From the NCBI RefSeq assembly GCF_009914755.1, contig NC_060927.1: a DNA stretch of 64,000 nt. One strand, 5' to 3'. The stretch comes from the human T2T-CHM13v2.0 reference genome, Homo sapiens. The position numbers were made by a program, and so were the translations under genes. Below, one piece after another: positions 18,877-32,415 of this stretch. Under the pieces are notes generated by a model. It did no database searches and was not told the DNA's origin. It was given only the letters and a program-made list of their open reading frames with translations. Positions within the stretch are counted from its first letter, which is position 1, and every line of letters begins with the position of its first letter.

Positions 18877-19263
18877 TATTAAAAGAAAACTTTAGCCAAA
18901 TTAAATTTAACAGAGTTTAATTGAGCAAAGAACCATTCAAGAATTCGGCAGCCTTCTGAGCCAGAGTAGGCCCAGAGACTCCAGCACAGCCACGTGCAGG
19001 AAGATTTATGGACTGAAAAAGGAAAGTGACATACAGAAAACGAAAGTGAGGTACAGAAATAGCCGAATTGGTTACAGCTTGGCATCTGCCTTATTTTAAC
19101 ACAGTTTGAACAGTTGGCCACCTTTGACCACAACTCAGTAACTGGCTCAAGAGTAGGCTAGAGTCTAACTCCCTTTAGGTTATAGTTCACCATGTACAGA
19201 GAAACCTGGAGGCTGAACTTAAAGTATGTAAGGAGGCAGCTTTAGGCTAAACTTGATTTAACA
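18877..19263 (-). mobile_element. ERV1 solo LTR (MER51/MER57 family)
   Basis: Minus strand starts TGTTAAATCAAGTTTAGCCTAAAGCTGCCTCCTTACATA; 4-bp TSD TTGC. Confidence 0.82.
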
Positions 19264-19306
19264 TTGCTAAAATTTAGAAGACATAAATTTAAAAACTGAA
19301 GTAGAG

Positions 19307-19643
<337 letters not shown>

Positions 19644-20995
19644 TTAATAATCATTAAAGGGTTAATTAAAAGAGTACTTAGGGAATACCTGATGGCTGAC
19701 TTGTTCTTCCTAGAATTCCTCACAAGATATAGAGATTATATATGTCCATCTGCAGAGAGGAGAACTAAATCTAATGGGGGCCATCCCAGCAAGGCAGAAT
19801 TTTATTCAAGGCCCAAAAAGCTCTCTAGTGAGCCGTCCAAAAGTGGGGTAAGCTACTTTGTGATTTTCCTGGTGTTGAAAATGTTTAAGAAAAGGCTATA
19901 GTTTATACAGCCACCCATCCAGCACGAATAGAGATAATTCATATATTGGAATAAAAGTTAAGGTTCTTCTGACTCTGATGTTTAGAATTTAGGCATATTT
20001 GTCTAATACAGACCCTCCCATCCTGGAGCAGTGAGAAGGCAGTGCACTGCCAAACCAACTCGGAGTTTCTTCAGAGTACATATTCCCAAGTCCCTCTCCA
20101 CAAAGAACTAGCACAGTAGGTCCCGGAAGGCATCAGAGCATTGTGTACTTTAGGAAAAACTTCCAGGGGACTCTAATATACCACCCCATCCCATTTGGGA
20201 AAAAAAGGCTAAAAGAAAGCAAACAGCATAACTTTTGTCAGAAACTTGTCCAAAGATAAGGAAAAAAAAAGCCATGAAGAGAGAAAATTCCAGGTTACAA
20301 GATAAATCAGCACGAATTAATTTAGTTACACCTGGGATTTAACAACATGTTCTATTTTTATGTTTTTATGTAAAAAGCAAAACTGAGTCAGGGAGTACAC
20401 CACCCTATCTCTGTAAGTATTCCTTATGTAAGAGGCCAGTTGGTGGTTTAGGCCACGTGGTGATAAGTACTAACTATCCAAAAGGGAAGCACAGTACATT
20501 GCCAGCTAAGGACCTCAATGAAAACTGTTTTCTAACTACCCGCATTGCAAACCTAACATCATAATGTGATGACGAACACAAAATCCCCTTGTCAATCATC
20601 CTGTTTCTACATATCTTAAAAGACTCTTATTCTCCAAACCAATTAAAACTTTATATTTTGTGCCCTGTTTCCTAAGAATTGTCTTCTCTGATAGCTCATC
20701 TGATATATAATGTGAAAGTACTAATGCCTTACAATGGACAGACACATAAGTGTTTCAAGAAGGGAAATTGATTATGTAACTTGACAGGCACTGACAAAAG
20801 TAAATGGGAAGAAGAAGCCTTCTGATTTCCTTCACTCAGATCTCATGAACTGCAGCCTTTCCACTTGTGCAAAGGACAGCCAGAAAAAATATTTCTCTGT
20901 ATGGTTATTTGGCATCAAACAAAAGCTTAGTTTAAATTAAGATCATGCATTTCTATCAAATCTCTAAGAATTCAAGCTTCTTAGAATTACCTAAT

Positions 20996-21224
20996 ATGGG
21001 TTGGCACACATTTTTTTATAAAGGGAAGGTAGTAAATAGTTTTTGCCTTGTGAGCCAGATGGTCTCTGTCACAACTACTTATCCCTGTCCTTGTTGTGTG
21101 ATGGCAGCCATAATAAACAAAATGTAAGCAAATGGATGTGGCTGTGTTGCAATAAAACTTGATTTACCAAAACAGGTGGGAAGGCACATTTGGGCTCCCT
21201 GGGCTATAGTTTGCTGACCTCTGA
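20996..21224. mobile_element. MER58A-like hAT element
   Basis: atggtctctgtcacaactact...gtggctgtgttgcaataaaact...tagtttgctgacctctg. Confidence 0.75.
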
Positions 21225-21274
21225 CCTAAGAAATGAAAATCCCAAAATTATACATATTTAGCCAGGGTGGATAC

Positions 21275-21428
21275 ACAAGTGTGAGAAGATCCAGTGGTAT
21301 GTTTGAATCCAGAGTCACAAAAGGCATCGAAGCAAGCTCCATATAATCATAGAAGAAGCTCTCTGATATTTTCTTCTTAACTTCCTCCTCTGCTTCTTCC
21401 ACAGCTGGAGCAGGGGTTTGCTGAGGTA
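21275..21428 (-). CDS. CFAP44: CFAP44 coding exon 3
   Basis: tttttag|TA acceptor and GT|gtatcc donor. Translates [52 protein letters not shown]. Confidence 0.94.
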
Positions 21429-21456
21429 CTAAAAAAATAAAATAATTTAAGAAGAG

Positions 21457-21831
21457 TGATATGGTTTGGCTGTGTCCCCACCCAAATCTCAACTTGAATT
21501 GTAGTTCCCATAATCTCCACATGTCATGGGAGAGACCTGGTAGGAGGTAATTGAATCACAGGGGCTGTTACCTCCATGCTGTTCTCATGATGGTGTATGA
21601 GTTCTCACAAGATCTGATGTTGTATAAGGGACATTTCCCTCCTTCGCTCTGCACTTCTCCTTCCTGCCATTATGTGAAGAAGGACATGTTTGCTTCCCTT
21701 TCTGCCATAATTGTAAGTTTCCTGAGGCCTCCCCAGCCATGCAGAACTGTGAGTCAAGTAAACCTCTTTCCTTTATAAATTACCCAGTCTCAGGTATGTG
21801 TTTATTAGCAGCATGAGAACGGACTAATACA
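21457..21831 (+). mobile_element. THE1 (MaLR) solo LTR
   Basis: tgatatggtttggctgtgtcccca...gactaataca; 5-bp TSD AAGAG. Confidence 0.93.
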
Positions 21832-22337
21832 AAGAGTGTCTGGTGAATCCAAAATTGTATTTCCCAGAGACAGGAGGAATGTACACAGCCTGCAATACTC
21901 TAGCAGTAAGTACTACTACTGGCTGGAAGATAGGAAGCAGTCATCAGTGAGCATGGAAGGAAGAGCCATTATGCCCACGTGCATCAGGAGTAAATGCTGA
22001 GTTCTGGTCGGTCGTGGCGCAACAGTCTCCAAGGGGAACTCCCAATTACTTCCAAAGGAAAGTTGAACTCCCACTAATCTGTAGTGGAGCAGTTTTTATA
22101 CCTTCTTAAAACCCAGAAGAATGAGTATCAGAGTACTCTATGTGATCCTCAGAAATAAAAACCACAAGTCTAGGGCTGCTAAAGTACCCTACCAAAATAT
22201 GTACTTGTCCTTTTATCATTCCCACACATATGTACATCCTGCACATTTTTCTTTCTATGGATTTATAACTCTTCCATTTGTCTGGGCTTTGTCTCTAAAA
22301 CAGTGACAATTACTGACAGAAAACTAATAATACCTAC

Positions 22338-22490
22338 CTGTAGTGCTTTGCAAATCACCATACTGAAATGAACTCAAACTTCCTTCCAAACGTTCCTCAT
22401 CTGAGTCTTCTTCTAAATATGATCCTTCCCCTTTGGTAAATGTTTCATCTGTGTCATCTTCTAAAAATGTGTTATCTTCTTGAACAGGAG
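22338..22490 (-). CDS. CFAP44: CFAP44 coding exon 2 (acidic N-terminus)
   Basis: ttaatag|CT acceptor and CAG|gtaggt donor. Translates [51 protein letters not shown]. Confidence 0.93.
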
Positions 22491-24379
22491 CTATTAAAAT
22501 TTGTTTTAATAACTTCTAAATTTTGATTAAACATTTTCTTATTTCTAAAGTAGCTAAAACTTCCAATTTCCTTGTGCTATAGATGTAATAAATCTAATAC
22601 ATACTCAAAAATTTCTAGAAGAATCATTTTATTTGGTCAGTCTTGTAACTTTACAAAATAAGAAAGCCTTTTCTGTTTGTTAATCTCCATTTTCACTTCA
22701 TTTTCAGTCTATTTCCTATCATTAAATACTTACAAGAAGTAAAAGATAAAAAGAAAGAGGTTAGTATGCTGCTATCATAATTTCAACTAAATTCAATTTT
22801 ACTAACTTTTATAGGGAACCTGTTACGTTAAAGACAAACAAGCCTTATTGTCTTTCTTTCTCTGAGTATGCTGATTTCTCTTGGAAGTGATATCCCAGGA
22901 ATAAGTTGGAATATTGGCTTTAGGACAAGCTGGGAATGAGAACTGGTATAGGAGTAAAATGGCCCCAGGTATAAGCCAACATTCAGATCAAGTGCAAACA
23001 TGAGGATGGTTAAAATATACAATGCCAAGCAGGATGGGTATACTTTCATATAGAGCTAGGTGAACTTTCAGAAGAATAAGGAAGAAATGGCAAATGTACT
23101 ACTAGGTACCAGAGCTACATAGTAGATCTGAGATGAGGCTAAAAGATTAGGAACAAAGCCCAAGACTAATATGAGTAAGATAGAAAAGCTGGGCCAAGCC
23201 AATTAGTTGCGGAACAGGGCAGAGTTCCTTAGGATGCGTGTATTTGGATGGCAAGAAAGTAATCCTGGGTGCCTAAATAGGCCAAACAGATTCCTCAAGA
23301 GGGGGCCCTGGAGAACTACTCTCTAATAATACCTTAGCTCTTTCTTGTGACTGTAGCAACCAAAGACTATTTCCTCATTTCAAGATTAGGGCACTACAAG
23401 TGTAACACTCCTAACTGCTGGGTTCCCCAGGAAAGGAGTTAGAACTGGTAGATAAGGTGATCACAGATTAATGAATTGCGAGTGAATACAGATGAAGGAG
23501 AAGACGTAATAAAAAATAATGGGTATTCTGAGCCTGGAGAAGGGTTGTGCTACAGACGGAAAACTAGAGTTAGGGGAAGAAAACTAATTTGGCAGGAAGT
23601 AGGCACATTAAATCAAGCTGGCAAATCAACACACTTAGGCAACTTTGTGAAGGTTGGATATTTCTCTAATTTTTATAATCCTAAAATAGACAGATGGAAG
23701 ACTTATGGTTTGAAGAATAAATCAGTATTTGCCTTTCTATTCTTGGAAATAATCTAAAATCAACATTGAGAATAAATACCAAAAACACAAACTCCATTTT
23801 TTTGTATAACTAGAAGCAGTTAAAACCTGAAATCACAAATGGATGGCAGGGCTGCTGGCAAAAGGGCTGGCAAAATTAGTGGAGACTGAACAAGGATGGG
23901 TGCAGGAGGAAGCAAAGGAAGGTGACCAAGGAGAAAGGAATGCCATAACTGTAGATATCAAAAATAACCTGCTGGGATTTTTGGTGTATGACCCACAATT
24001 TTATATACAAGTTTCTTCCATTTTTTTTGTTTGTTTCCTCCAGCCAATGGATGTAGGAAGCTTTGGGACCTCTCCTCTCCAGCTATCTGAGAGATACTGC
24101 TTCCCGCAAACAGTTTGCCTCTGTGATTCTTATTTACCTCTACCTTTTCCATGAGATTGAGAACACTATAAGAAAGCCTACAAATGCTATGGTTGCACAT
24201 ACAGAAAAATCCGTAAGAGCTACTTTATAAAAAATTTATAAGAACTAAATTATAATTTATTATAATTTTAAAAAGAGTTCAGCATGGTTACTGCATACAA
24301 CAACAATATACAAATATTAATAGTAGGCATGTATACTTTGGCTATTATGAAGTAACTAGTACTAAGCTGCTTTCTTACT

Positions 24380-26000
24380 ATGATTGTGGAATTACTTAGT
24401 TTTTCTTTAATTCTATTTTTGCTTTGTGTATTATGATGCTGTTACTAGGTGAATACACATTTATGATTATTATGTTTTCTTAATTGATCCTTTTATCTTT
24501 ATGAATAAATTGATCCTTTTACCCTTATGTCACTGGTAGTACTCTTTGCCTTGAAGTCTATTTTATCTGGTATTAATATAGCCACTCCAGCCGTGTTATG
24601 CTTACTGTTTGCATGATGTATCTCTTTCTATCCATTTACTTTCAACCTATTTGTATCATTATGCTTAACACGTGTTTTCTATGAGCATCATATAGTTGGT
24701 TCTTGTTTTTATTAGCCATGCTGATAATCTCTGCCTTTTTATATTAATGTTCAGTTAACTAATAATTAATGTAATTATTGATATGGTTAGATTTTAATAA
24801 CATATGCTTGTGAAATTAACAAATAATATTTGATAAGTTATTTTCTGTTTTTCTCCTCCTACCTGTCCTTTTTCCCTCTTTTTCTCTTTCCATGTTTTCT
24901 TTTAGATTATTTACTCTTTAGAATTCTATTTAAATTTCTGTTGGCTTTTTAGCAATTCTGTGTTTTATTAGTGGTTGCTTCAGAGATTACAATATATAAC
25001 AACTTTCTACAGTCTACTTAAGAGTTACCATTTATTATAGTAACACGTATCTTTCAGCAATTGATAGAACAACTAGTCAAAAACTTAGTAAAGACATAGA
25101 TGATCTGAACATCACTATCAACCATCCTGACCTGACATTTATAAAACACTTACACCTATCAATACAGGATACACATTCAAGCATACATGGGTCATTTACC
25201 AAGACAGATCACTTGCTGGGACATAAGACCAGTTTTAATACATTTAAATGGATTGAAATCATATAGAATAGATATGTTCTCTGAAAACAACAGAGGTAAG
25301 TTAGAAACCAATAATGATAAGATACCTTGAAAAAAAGTCCAATATTTGGAAATTAAATTACACAATAAAAATAATGCATGGGTCAAAGGGAAATCAACAA
25401 AGAAATTAGAAAAGTTTTCAAATTAAAATTTATTAAAATACAACATATTAAAATTGAGATATAGCTAAAGCAGTCCTTGGAAGGAAATTTATAGCTTTCA
25501 ATACATATGTAAGAAAAGAACAAAAGTCAAAAAAAATCAATGACCTAAAGTTCCACCTCAAGAAGCTGGAAAAAAAAAAAAAAAACAAAGTAAATTAGCA
25601 AAGCCAAAATCTTAGTCTTTGAAAAGATCAACAACATTGATAAGCTCCTAGCTACACCAATGAAGAAATAAAAGAGAAACAACATAAATCTGCAACATCA
25701 AGAATGAAAACAGATCCTACAAAGTTATGTCAACAAATTTGACAATTGAGAAGAGAAGTGGGCAAATTGCATGAAAGATACGAACTTGCAAAACTTAGTA
25801 AAGAAGAAATAGAGAGCCCTCTATTTAAAAAACTGAATTCATGGTTAAAATTTTCCCACTCATCAAGAAAATTCCAGGCCCAGACAGCTTTACTGGTAAA
25901 TTCTACCAAGCATTTAAGGAAGAAATAATACCAATTCTACACAAAATATTTTTGAAAATAGAAAAGAACAAAATACCTCCCAAAATTATTAAATAAGGTC
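24380..26000. mobile_element. Old L1M ORF2 fragments (minus to about 25040, plus thereafter)
   Basis: Degenerate L1 EN-region similarity in both orientations; edges approximate. Confidence 0.65.
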
Positions 26001-28252
26001 TGCAATAATTTAGTCCTTTGATAAGCATAAGAAATCAATGCCTTAGTAACTAACAGTCCTTCACCATCGTGAGAAATGATGGATGGTTTAGCTGGTACAC
26101 TCGACCTAAATTTCTTAATAGAACTCAGAGATAGCAGAAACCTCTTGTTAAGTATGGGAAAAAGTCTACTCCAACTTCTCTGCTTGGGTAGAATACAAGG
26201 ACTTTTATTCATTCTACATGAGAATCCCAGAGTAAAAACTTGCTGGATGTGCTAAAAAGCCTGAGAGCAAAGCAAGGTTTTCAGGGGTGGGGGGAATGCA
26301 GCTATGATCAGGTATGAGGCTGAGCCAGGAGGAAGAGACCTCTTCACGCAGCAACAAGGTACAGGATGTTCAGAATGCCAGAAAATTATTTCACATTATC
26401 ATTTGGGAGTCTAAGACATATGATATGTGAACTAATTAATGAGCTGAGCACTGGGCCAGGTCACACTTGAAAAGGTCTGCGCCTAACAGCATCTGACATA
26501 AGGAAGGCAGGTCCTGAAGGCAATGCTAGACAAAGGGTCATTATCATTAAATCCATCAAGGGAAAGTTGAGAGTAGCATCCAGGAAAACACTGCCGAGGA
26601 CTGGAAACCAACACACAGACAATCCTGTGTCAGAAATGTAGGGAGTACAGAAACATGAAAAAGGAAAAACTAGGGGGGAACAAACTAAAGTTTCTGAAGT
26701 AAGCGATATAATGATACTTTTTGGAAAGAACTCTAGTGGTGGTGTGGAGGGAGATCTGGACAGGAAGACTGAGGTAGAAATCCATGTTGCAAGAGTCTAA
26801 ACCAGAGAAGACAAATGCCTAAAATAAAATATAATGTGGAGAAACTGTGGATTTACAAGACATGTCTGCGATAGATTAAAAGAATTTAATGCAAATTTTG
26901 CATGTGTATTGATTTTCCCAGGACCTGATCTTCTCTAGGTGAACAGTCAAAATTAAATTTCTCAAATCATATTTAGGATTAGAACCTTAAATAGTCAAGA
27001 TTCCACTAAGATACCTAACATCGTGATAGTCAGTCAGAAAGAGCCAGCCATCTTTCAAAAATCCTAGTTATAAAATTCCTCCTTTTTTCTTCCATTGCAG
27101 TCTATGAAGTCCTTCCACATGTTATGCAATTTAATTCCCAAATGACTCATAATTGTTTTAATGGGTGAGAAAATTGAGGCTCAGAAAGATGTGGTAATGT
27201 TTCCAAGATCAAGCATCTCTAAATGGTAGATCCAGGACTCAAAACCAAAGTCCAGGTCTCTTTCCACTACATTGTATCAGAAAAGTCCATATAAGACTTA
27301 GTAGCTCTCACAGGAGAACTCTAGACCAGACGTGTGGATAGGTTATTAACAACTTGTGTGCCAGGAGCTGTGATAAATAAGTAAAACACAGACAGCTCTT
27401 AAGGAACTTAGAGCTTTGTAAGGGAGTTGAACAAGTAAACCATTTCTGTTCTATAAACCCAGATATGCACTATTTAAAAATTATTTTGCCCATTTTTTTG
27501 ACTTTTAGAAAATTATTTTTAGTTTTCTTGAAGTACATGCCCATAACTTAAAAAGTCAAGTAATGCTAAAAGACTTGTCTTTTAAAATACTCAACTTTTC
27601 CCTGCTTAACAGCCTTCTCTATCTCTCCAGAAGAATCACTTTTAGCTTTTAATCTTTTTTCTTCTGATATTTACCTCCATATATCTAAACAATATGGATA
27701 TACTGCTCTCTCTAGCTACTTTTAGACAGTGTTTATTATGGGAAGATGAAGAATGTTAAATCTCTATCACCACTTGCTATCTCTCCGCCCTTGCAATATA
27801 ATCAAAGCACAAAAAAACTATAGTGAAGTCCATGCTTACTGTTTTTAGTATACTGCCTTAATAACACTCATTCCTGAGTTAAGAATGTATTATTTTATTT
27901 CCTTCTTGAACAACTCGCTTTTCTAAAACTAATACCTCATTTATTTTCACTTTTTAACTTTCTGGAATCTCCTGATAAATATTCCCACATCTTGTCATAG
28001 TTCTATAAATTCCACTCAGTTCAATTTTCTACATGCATCTATCAGATAATCTATTATTTAACATTTTTAACTTTCTTGGAGGTGAAAATTCTCCTTTCCT
28101 TGCTTCAGTATAATTGTTCTCTGCATGGCTGCCCAGGTGTCATCCTAGGCATTACCTTTACCTTATTTCTATTTTGAATCTCCTATTTCCTGGACCATAT
28201 GTAGTCCTTTTTCTTTGCTAACTCCATCATTTTTATAGAGCCCACCTTCCTA

Positions 28253-28595
<343 letters not shown>

Positions 28596-28705
28596 AAGAT
28601 CTATTTTATAACATCCTGCTCTTTCCATTCTACTATAAAAATTAATTATTTAAATGTTTACCTAAGTTTAATACTTTTAAAAGTATACATATTATCTTTA
28701 CTTAC

Positions 28706-28805
28706 ATCTTGATTCTGATTTAGAAGACCTCAGAGACTTCTTCCCATCACTCTTTGATGTAACTGATTTCTCCCCATCAGTATCCTGATCATCTGGTTCC
28801 TTCAT
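28706..28805 (-). CDS. CFAP44: CFAP44 first coding exon (ATG at 28805; exon begins at 28810)
   Basis: cttacag|AGGAAATGAAG acceptor and GAT|gtaagt donor. Translates [33 protein letters not shown], matching the recalled CFAP44 N-terminus. Confidence 0.93.
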
Positions 28806-28932
28806 TTCCTCTGTAAGTACAAAATGGGGATGAGATATGGATAAAGCTGTAAAATTGAAACTAACAGATTTCCCCCTAACATATTTCATAAGCACCAAAC
28901 ACCATGTGTGTCAATAATCCTTGTTTGCACAG

Positions 28933-29135
28933 GATCCAGGATGACCCACCAGTAGGAGGGTGCAACTACCACCAGAGACCTCTGACCTCTGCAAGACAGC
29001 TAATTATAATCACAGATTCTCTTTCTCTAGGTAAATTGTCATTGTGGTGCACTTTGGTTTTCCAGAGGTCCACTACCAAAGTTCATCTTTTCCCCAGATG
29101 CTTCACCATTAAAATTAACTTTCTGCCATCCTACC
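28933..29135 (+). ncRNA. Candidate terminal exon of an antisense lncRNA (possibly CFAP44-AS1)
   Basis: ttgtttgcacag| acceptor and ATTAAA at 29108-29113. I recall an antisense RNA annotated at this locus; the exon assignment is inference. Confidence 0.35.
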
Positions 29136-29184
29136 TTTGGTCCATCCCTCCCTCTTTCTCTATTTTCAAATTCCCTTGGAGTTA

Positions 29185-29680
29185 CTAATCAATTTCAGTT
29201 TTTAAAATATTTTTTGAGCACACCTGCAGTGTATCAAGTCTTATGTTGGGTACTAAATTACAAACCTGGAGAAGAGAAATATGGTCCCTAACTTTATGGA
29301 GCTTGTTTATAAAGATAGATATTAAACAAGCAATTAAAAATAATGAGTGCTACAAAAAGGAAAATGGTACTGTGGGCATGTATAGCAAGAAGCCTAAAAC
29401 ATGATGGGGGGTTAGAGAAGAGGTGTTTGAGACATGGATGATGGTCAGGAGTTGGCCAGGCAAAGAATGTGAAAGATACATTAGGCACATCAAAGAGGGC
29501 TGCATCTTTAAAGGGCTGCAAGCAGTCTATTGGCCAGAGTGGGAGAGTAAAATGGATATTGAAGAGAAGGTGGGTACCATATCATAAAGTTGTCTCTAAG
29601 CTTTGCTAAGAAGTTTATACCTTATTTCCTTGACAACTGAAAACCATTAAAGGGTTTTAAAGAGGGGAGCGACACAACAG
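29185..29680 (-). mobile_element. L2 fragment
   Basis: Degenerate L2 3' motifs (aatattttttgagcacacctg..., ccattaaagggttttaa). Confidence 0.55.
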
Positions 29681-30216
29681 GTTTTCTCTGCCCTCTGTCT
29701 ATATTGCAGCTTTTCATATATTTGAAAACACCTTCCTTCTAAGTCTTCACTTCTCTATACTAAACACCCTATGTTTCCTCAACATTCTTCTACGATATGC
29801 CTGGCAAGCAGAATGGAACACTAGTTCTATTTGGATCAGATTTATAGTTAGATTAGGGTTTGAATCCCAGTACTGACATATAACTAGCTAACTAAACTTT
29901 ATATGAATTCCCCAACTGTAATGGGAATGAAGAAAAAACTTTTTACAAGCCTGCTATGAGGGTTACTTAAACTGCCACACTGTTATATCTTCCTGGTCTC
30001 TGAAGATAGACTGGTATGCCTAAAGCAGATATGGTACACTACACGATCAAAGGACAAAGGAGAGTGTAGTATGATGACTGTCTCCCTTCAAGTGGGCACT
30101 AGGGTTCATTCCATGTTTTCCTGCAGTGACATCATAATGATGCCTTCTTTTGATATGGGGGATAACAGTACATTGTCTAAACATTTGTATTATAAACTAT
30201 GATCAAGAAAGATATA

Positions 30217-30893
30217 GACCGAGCTCAGTGGCTCATGCCTGTAATCCTGGCAGTTTGACAGGCTGAGGCAGGAGGACTGCTTGAGACCAGGAGTTCAAGA
30301 CCAACATGAGAAACATAGTAAGACCCTGTCTGTATTAGTTTGTTCTCACACTGCTAACAAAGGCATACCTGAGAATGGGTAATTTATAAAGGAAAGGGGT
30401 TTAATTGACTTACAGTTTGGCATGGCTAGGGAGGCCTCAGGACACTTACAATCATAGCAGAAGGGGAAGCAAACACCTCTTTTCTTCACATGGTGGCAGC
30501 AAGGAGAAGTGCAGAGCGAAGGGGAAGAAAACCCCTTATAAAACCATCAGATTTTGTGAGAACTCACTTACTATCACAAGAACAGGATGAGGTAACTGCC
30601 CCCATGATTCAGTTACCTCCCACCGGGTCCCTCCCATGACACATGGGGATTATGGGAACTATAATTACGATGGGATTTGGGTGGGGACACAGCCAAACTG
30701 TCTCTAAAAAAAAATTTTAAATGGCCAGGCATAGTGAGGTATGCCTGTAGTCCCAGCTACTCAGGAGGCTGAGGCAGGAGGATCACTTGAGCCCAGGAGT
30801 TTGAGGCTGCAGTGAGCTAGGATAGCACCACTGCACTCCAGCCTGAGTGACAGACCAAGACTCTGCTTCTAAAATTACAAAAAAAAAAAAAAA
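30217..30893 (+). mobile_element. AluJ interrupted by THE1
   Basis: Left arm to 30330; resumes tgtctctaaaa at about 30699; TSD-like aaagatat. Confidence 0.88.
30331..30697 (-). mobile_element. THE1 solo LTR nested in Alu
   Basis: tgtattagt...ggggacacagccaaa; TSD CTGTC. Confidence 0.9.
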
Positions 30894-31001
30894 GATATGG
30901 TCTAACATGATACTCATGTTATTAAATTTTGTATTTTGTACTTTGGAGGCATTCTTCTGGGCTACAAAAATAATGTTTTACTTTTTAAAAAGTGTATGTA
31001 C

Positions 31002-31033
<32 letters not shown>

Positions 31034-31125
31034 CTTTCCTTTCTTTTTTAGTTGTGAATCTTCCTTCCTCTCTCTCTCCATCCTTTCTTCCTTTTCTCCT
31101 TCCCTTCCTTCCTCTTTCCTTCCAC
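31002..31125. repeat. (GT)n microsatellite followed by CT-rich low-complexity tract
   Basis: Directly visible. Confidence 0.9.
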
Positions 31126-31967
31126 CTAATTGTAGAATATATACCTTTTGGGGTTTATGGAGCGGGTGGGGTTAGGAATCAAACAATAAAAACCTGTAAG
31201 TAGCAAAATCTTTTAAAATTCACATTCTGTCATCCTTTTAGTTATCCACATCTCAACATCCACTCCAGCACTGTCAGAAAAGCAGTCTAGTGTGTTGGCC
31301 AGGGCTGAGAATATTTTCTATTCCTTCCAGTTTGGGATACACAGACTTGCTTTCTATGTTACTCTACAGTGAGTAACTGTTTTTTTTTTAAATAAAGAAT
31401 TATGCAGCCAATTCAGTTATTACAGAGTTTGGTTATAAATGACCACATACTGTGGGTAAAATTGTTTAGATACACACACACCTAAATATTATTTTCTCCC
31501 TTGCCTTCATAATTTAGGTCAATTTAATTCTTAAAACTATTGAGCATATTATTATGCTAGGCATTGCAGAGGATACAAAGGTGAGCAATATACAGTCCCT
31601 CACCTCAATGTATAATTCAAGATGAAGAAATCAACAATTCTCTTTCAAAATAGTTTCAGAATAAACTTATCTTCTAAATCACTGATTCAGATCCATCAGA
31701 GTTTGACCAAAACAAGGATGGTCTGACAGTCGTGACTGAAGTGACTATGATTGATCGATAATGATTTCTTTGATAAAAATCAACATTTAAAGTATTGGAA
31801 AGTACTCCCTAAGTTTCCAAGACGCAGGTCCCAAATAAGTGAAGGCAAGGCAGTTCCTGGGTTTTCCAACAAAATCAAACTGATATTCTACTGCTGCTAA
31901 TCAATTGATAACTAAATGAAAATTTTTCATCTGTGAGTTTCAATAGCACTTTCTTCTGTAAGTAGGT

Positions 31968-32415
31968 ACTGTTTAGTTTTCCATTGCTGCCATATAAATT
32001 ACCAGACATTTAGCAGCTTAAATAACATCCACTTATTATTTCATGGTTTTGTGAGTCAAAAGTCCAGGTCAAGTGTGACTCAGCTAGCTCTCTGCTTAGA
32101 GTTTCAGGAGGTTGCTAAGGTGTTGGCAGTGCTGCCTTCACTTTCAGAGGCTCTGAGGAAGAATCTACTTCTGGGCTCATTCAAGCTGCTGGCAGAATTC
32201 AGCCCCATGTGGCTATGGAACAGTGGTCCCTGCTTTCTTGCTGGCTGTTGCCCAAGAGTCCTTCTAAGTTCCAGAGGCCACTCGCATTCCTTGACTTATG
32301 GTGCCCTTTAAAGCCAGGAATAATGGGTCAAGTTCCACCTAGTGATTTGAATCTCATGATTTTCTTCCCTGCTATCATAAGCCTCATGACTTCATGAGAT
32401 CACTTTCTACTTTTC
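31968..32415 (-). mobile_element. MLT1-family MaLR LTR (partial)
   Basis: ttagttttccattgctgcc...aaattacc...tttagcagcttaaa; ctgaggaagaatctacttc...gcagaattcag. Confidence 0.65.

Noticed and set aside
28806-28898. N-terminal extension of ORF 28698..28898
   Set aside because: Mostly lies upstream of the acceptor at 28811 and is intronic read-through of the frame.
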